This document shows positions 60,841 through 64,000 of a stretch of DNA of 64,000 nucleotides, piece by piece. Numbering within the stretch: the stretch's first letter is position 1; the number at the start of each line of letters is the position of its first letter. The stretch lies in contig NIVC01000303.1 in NCBI GenBank assembly GCA_002269645.1, forward strand, positions 372,001 through 436,000. Direction: 5' to 3'. Below the pieces are notes generated by a model. It did no database searches. It saw nothing but the letters and a program-made list of their open reading frames with translations, and was not told the origin of the DNA. The DNA is from Macrostomum lignano (taxonomy: Eukaryota). The position numbers and the translations under genes are program-made.

Positions 60841-61011
60841 GCGTTACTAAATCCAAGCGTTACTAAATCCAAGCGTTACTAAATCCAAGCGTTACTAAAT
60901 CCAAGCGTTACTAAATCCAAGCGTTACTAAATCCAAGCGTTACTAAATCCAAGCGTTACTAAATCCAAGCGTTACTAAATCCAAGCGTTACTAAATCCAA
61001 GCGTTACTAAA
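60841..61011. repeat. 16-bp minisatellite (GCGTTACTAAATCCAA)
   Basis: About 10.5 perfect copies. Confidence 0.96.
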
Positions 61012-61908
61012 TTCACATACATGTAGACCCGTTTTCTACGAAACGAAGTTCTTCGACGATGGCAGGACAACGTTCCGCTTCGACAGTTAAAATTCTTTCG
61101 TTTTTGGTTCACTTCTCTTGAGGTTCGTTTCTAATAAGAAATCAAGCGTCTAATTTCAACCATTGATTCGATAAAATCTCTTTCAGCAGCCTTAGGAATT
61201 ATCGCTCGAAATCACCAGATTAGCACGCGGTTGAGCCGTTTGTGATACACGGAAATCACACTCACTTGAATGGTAGCTAAGGGTCGGAAACCCCTCAGTC
61301 AAACTAAGCTAGGCCCTTAGAAACAAAGCTCAACCGCGAAAAGGCTATAATAAAAGCAAAGGGACGAAGGGCGCGGTTCAATTCCTAAAATTATCAGAGA
61401 TTTTTTATCTTAATCTGGCCGAGCTGCTGAATTGTCAGCTGCTCATCCGTGACAAGCGGCCGGCTGCTAATCGATCAAAGGATCGCGTCTTTGAAAAGCA
61501 ACGAGATGCATCAGAAACAAAGACAATAAAAGGCTTCCATGACCTCACTTTGACACTGACGAACATTTCTTCTTTCATCGCCGAATCTATTTAAAGGACA
61601 AAATTTTCTAAATTCAGCGCTGATCTGTGCCCAAGTTTGCACAGCGCGTCCACCCAGCAAATACCGACATCATGGTGCAGTTTTTCTACGGAAACCGCAC
61701 TGGTAAGTCAGAATGCGACATTTGACATTTTCAAACTAAATTTTTCAGGCGTTAAATAATCAACATAGCCTCCGTATGTGTTTGGTTCACATAAAACCTG
61801 ACCCACAGCCAGGATTATTTCTGGTTTGGCGCTTGCTTGTGGGGCACCACTTCATTTAAGGCTGCGCCATTTTCTCGTATTAAGGAGCGCAGCCCTTAAT
61901 ACGAGAAA

Positions 61909-62310
61909 CGAAACGAGAAACGAAATTTAAATCTGGGGGTGCGCCCAGCCGCCAGTACTCGGCAAGTTCGCAGAGGAGGCATCGGCGACCCTCATCCGGT
62001 CGGTATCTCGGACGATGGCGTGGAGGTCAAGGATGTTGTCCGGGGTGGTCAGCTCGTCCATCCGCTGGGGATGGTCGAGGTACACTGTATTTGTGCCGCG
62101 CCGTACTGAAGTAAGGGCAGAAGGTGACGTGATGCTCCGCGGTCTCTTCTTCTATGTCACGGAAAGGACAGGTGGGAGGGCAACCGGTTTGCAACGAGAT
62201 ATGTCTCTGGAAGAATCCATGGCTGGTTAAGACCATGCACATCTCCATGAGGTCGGTTCTGTTAAGTGAGATCAGATATTCCGAGACTTTCCTGTTCTGC
62301 ATTTTAATCA
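61909..62310 (-). pseudogene. 3' fragment of a non-LTR retrotransposon (I/LOA-like C-terminal zinc knuckle)
   Basis: [39 protein letters not shown] parallels LSGHGCFSRH..CSFCNSGDETAEHFVSICPAFTRARLTY at 21.2 kb; short repeat tail. Confidence 0.75.
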
Positions 62311-63037
62311 AATACAGCAATCCGACCTCGGCCGACGTTCCCGACGTACATCAACGTCGCTGACAAATATGTAATTTACGTGACGTCGAAGGATATCGAC
62401 GTCATACATCGACTGAACGTCGGTGCAATGTGGTCGGATCGCTCTACGGGAATGAAACAGTAGAACCAAAGACAGGACCCACAATTCCTGGCTACGCTTA
62501 GAGTTATAATCATTAACAACGGAAGCAGAAAGAGGCTACACTTGCATCTCGGGCACTTTCGCAGCAGGAGCCCGGCTTTCGTTAACTGAATTGTCTATGG
62601 TCGAAATAGGAATTTCAGTTAACGACCAGCCATTAAGCAGTGGTCATTACTGTGAATTGGCATTTCGATCAATGCTCAAAATACAGTTGTATTATTTATT
62701 CAGATGATGTCGCAAAGATTCGTGTTCTGCATAGCAACCCTTGAAAAATGAGGTTTCGCCATAGATGACGAGCTAAATCGGGCCAACAAAATTTGCAATA
62801 GAAAACAGCTAGTAAGATAGGAAAACTTCACTGAAACTTTGCTTGCCTCGGTGAAATAGCTGGTTGCATTTAATGAGAAAAAACAGCTTGATAAACTTGT
62901 GAAGTTCACCTCGAACGAACATACTTTTAATTGAATTTGAAGTCCAAAAGATTAGATATTATGAACTTGCAGGATTTTCGAGTGCACCCGCCTTATACTT
63001 TAGTAGTCTAAGTGCTTAGAACATTTGATTACACGCA

Positions 63038-64000
63038 ATGACGTGGCTCTCCTACCCATTAAAACAATTACAGCGATTCTGCTGCACTTCTTCGGTACAG
63101 CCAACCTCAACTACTCCATTTACCCGCCCAACATCGTGGACCGTCTCGTCAGCTTTCGCATTCGCTTTGAGCTGGGACTTCTAATCAAGTTTTACATGGC
63201 CATCATCAAAAGTGCCGGATACCCAATTGGATTGCTGCTACAAATTCTAACTATTATTTACCTGGTGCGCGGCAACTCAGGCTATTCAAGGTCTGCTCGA
63301 AACTGGTTCCTCATCGTGCTGAGCGCTGACATTAGCAGCATCCTGTACCGGCTGTTCGATCTCATGACGGTCGATTATAACATAACCAACCCGTTTCTAG
63401 ACGTTGGCCTTAAAGGAAATTTTGGCCAGTTGTTCATGGCCCTCATGTGGGGCCTTAGGCGTGCTGAGGATGCACACTTGCAAGATGTATTTTGCAAAGT
63501 GTTCTTCATAATTTTGTACTTTCCAATTCACCTATCGCCAATTGCGCTCACTGTGAGCTCACTGATTCGTTGCTATTGCGTCAAGTTTCCTCTGAGAGCG
63601 AAAGCTGTGTTGACGACACGCGTGGACAGGTTGCTGATGCTCTTTACCGTGGTGCTGTCACTGGGCATCGCCATCATCATCGGCATGCTGGTTATCGAAG
63701 GCTGGTCCAACACTCGCACCACCGTCCTCACAACTTTGGGCGACAGATATTTCTACGGCGAGTGTATAATTCCTGTCTACAATGCTGTCAATACAGACAG
63801 GAACTTGCTTTTCATCGGCCTGAACTTTATGCTAGCTGTAGTCTTCCTGATCTGCGCGTTCAACATCCTATCAGCAGTTGCTATCATTATGGTTCTGTTC
63901 GAGGCCAAAAGGAATCGCAAGTCAATGAGCGCTAATGAGAGCACCGACTCAAAAGCCGAGGTTCGAGCCACTGCCATGCTTCTCGGCATGAATGTCACGC
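63038..64000 (+). CDS. Intronless rhodopsin-like (class A) GPCR, 3'-incomplete
   Basis: Open frame of 321 codons from ATG 63038 to the window end (not in the ORF track because there is no stop). N-terminal NYS sequon; TM1-TM5 hydrophobic helices; TM2 SAD; TM3 C(K) ... SSLIRCYCVKFPLRAK at the DRY position; ECL2 Cys. Confidence 0.85.

Noticed and set aside
61030-61050. CTACGAAACGAAGTT similar to the sequence upstream of the RNase P TATA box (possible PSE of a second snRNA-type gene)
   Set aside because: No TATA box, recognisable snRNA or T-run at the expected distance

Overview
Eukaryotic (metazoan, invertebrate) genomic DNA: AT-rich, spliceosomal GT-AG introns, dense with tandem repeats and transposon remnants. 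The style (minisatellite-stuffed introns, Gln/Ala-rich proteins, RTE fragments) is reminiscent of the flatworm Macrostomum, but that is inference only. Genes: (1) a nuclear RNase P RNA gene at ~465-779 (+), with TATA box and T5 terminator, apparently inside a calpain intron; (2) the 3' exons of a classical calpain (penta-EF-hand domain), including a candidate 6-nt microexon; (3) a small single-TM orphan ORF (-); (4) a CNBD1/2-like cyclic-nucleotide-binding gene with at least 8 coding exons (43606 to 33925, -); (5) a 4-exon RRM + low-complexity/coiled-coil gene (51297 to 47821, -); (6) an intronless rhodopsin-type GPCR that runs off the right edge (63038+). Mobile DNA: a 2-kb near-perfect foldback palindrome with a solo LTR in one arm, a Helitron deletion derivative with both termini, a SINE-in-SINE-with-hAT nest, a hAT-like element carrying an RNase H-bearing LINE, MULE- and Kolobok-like TIR elements, a FLYWCH/MULE ORF, and RTE/LINE fragments. 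There are about 18 unrelated tandem arrays, most of them intronic. Most ORFs in the supplied track are artefacts of repeats or antisense frames. All alignments and translations were done by eye; no searches were run.
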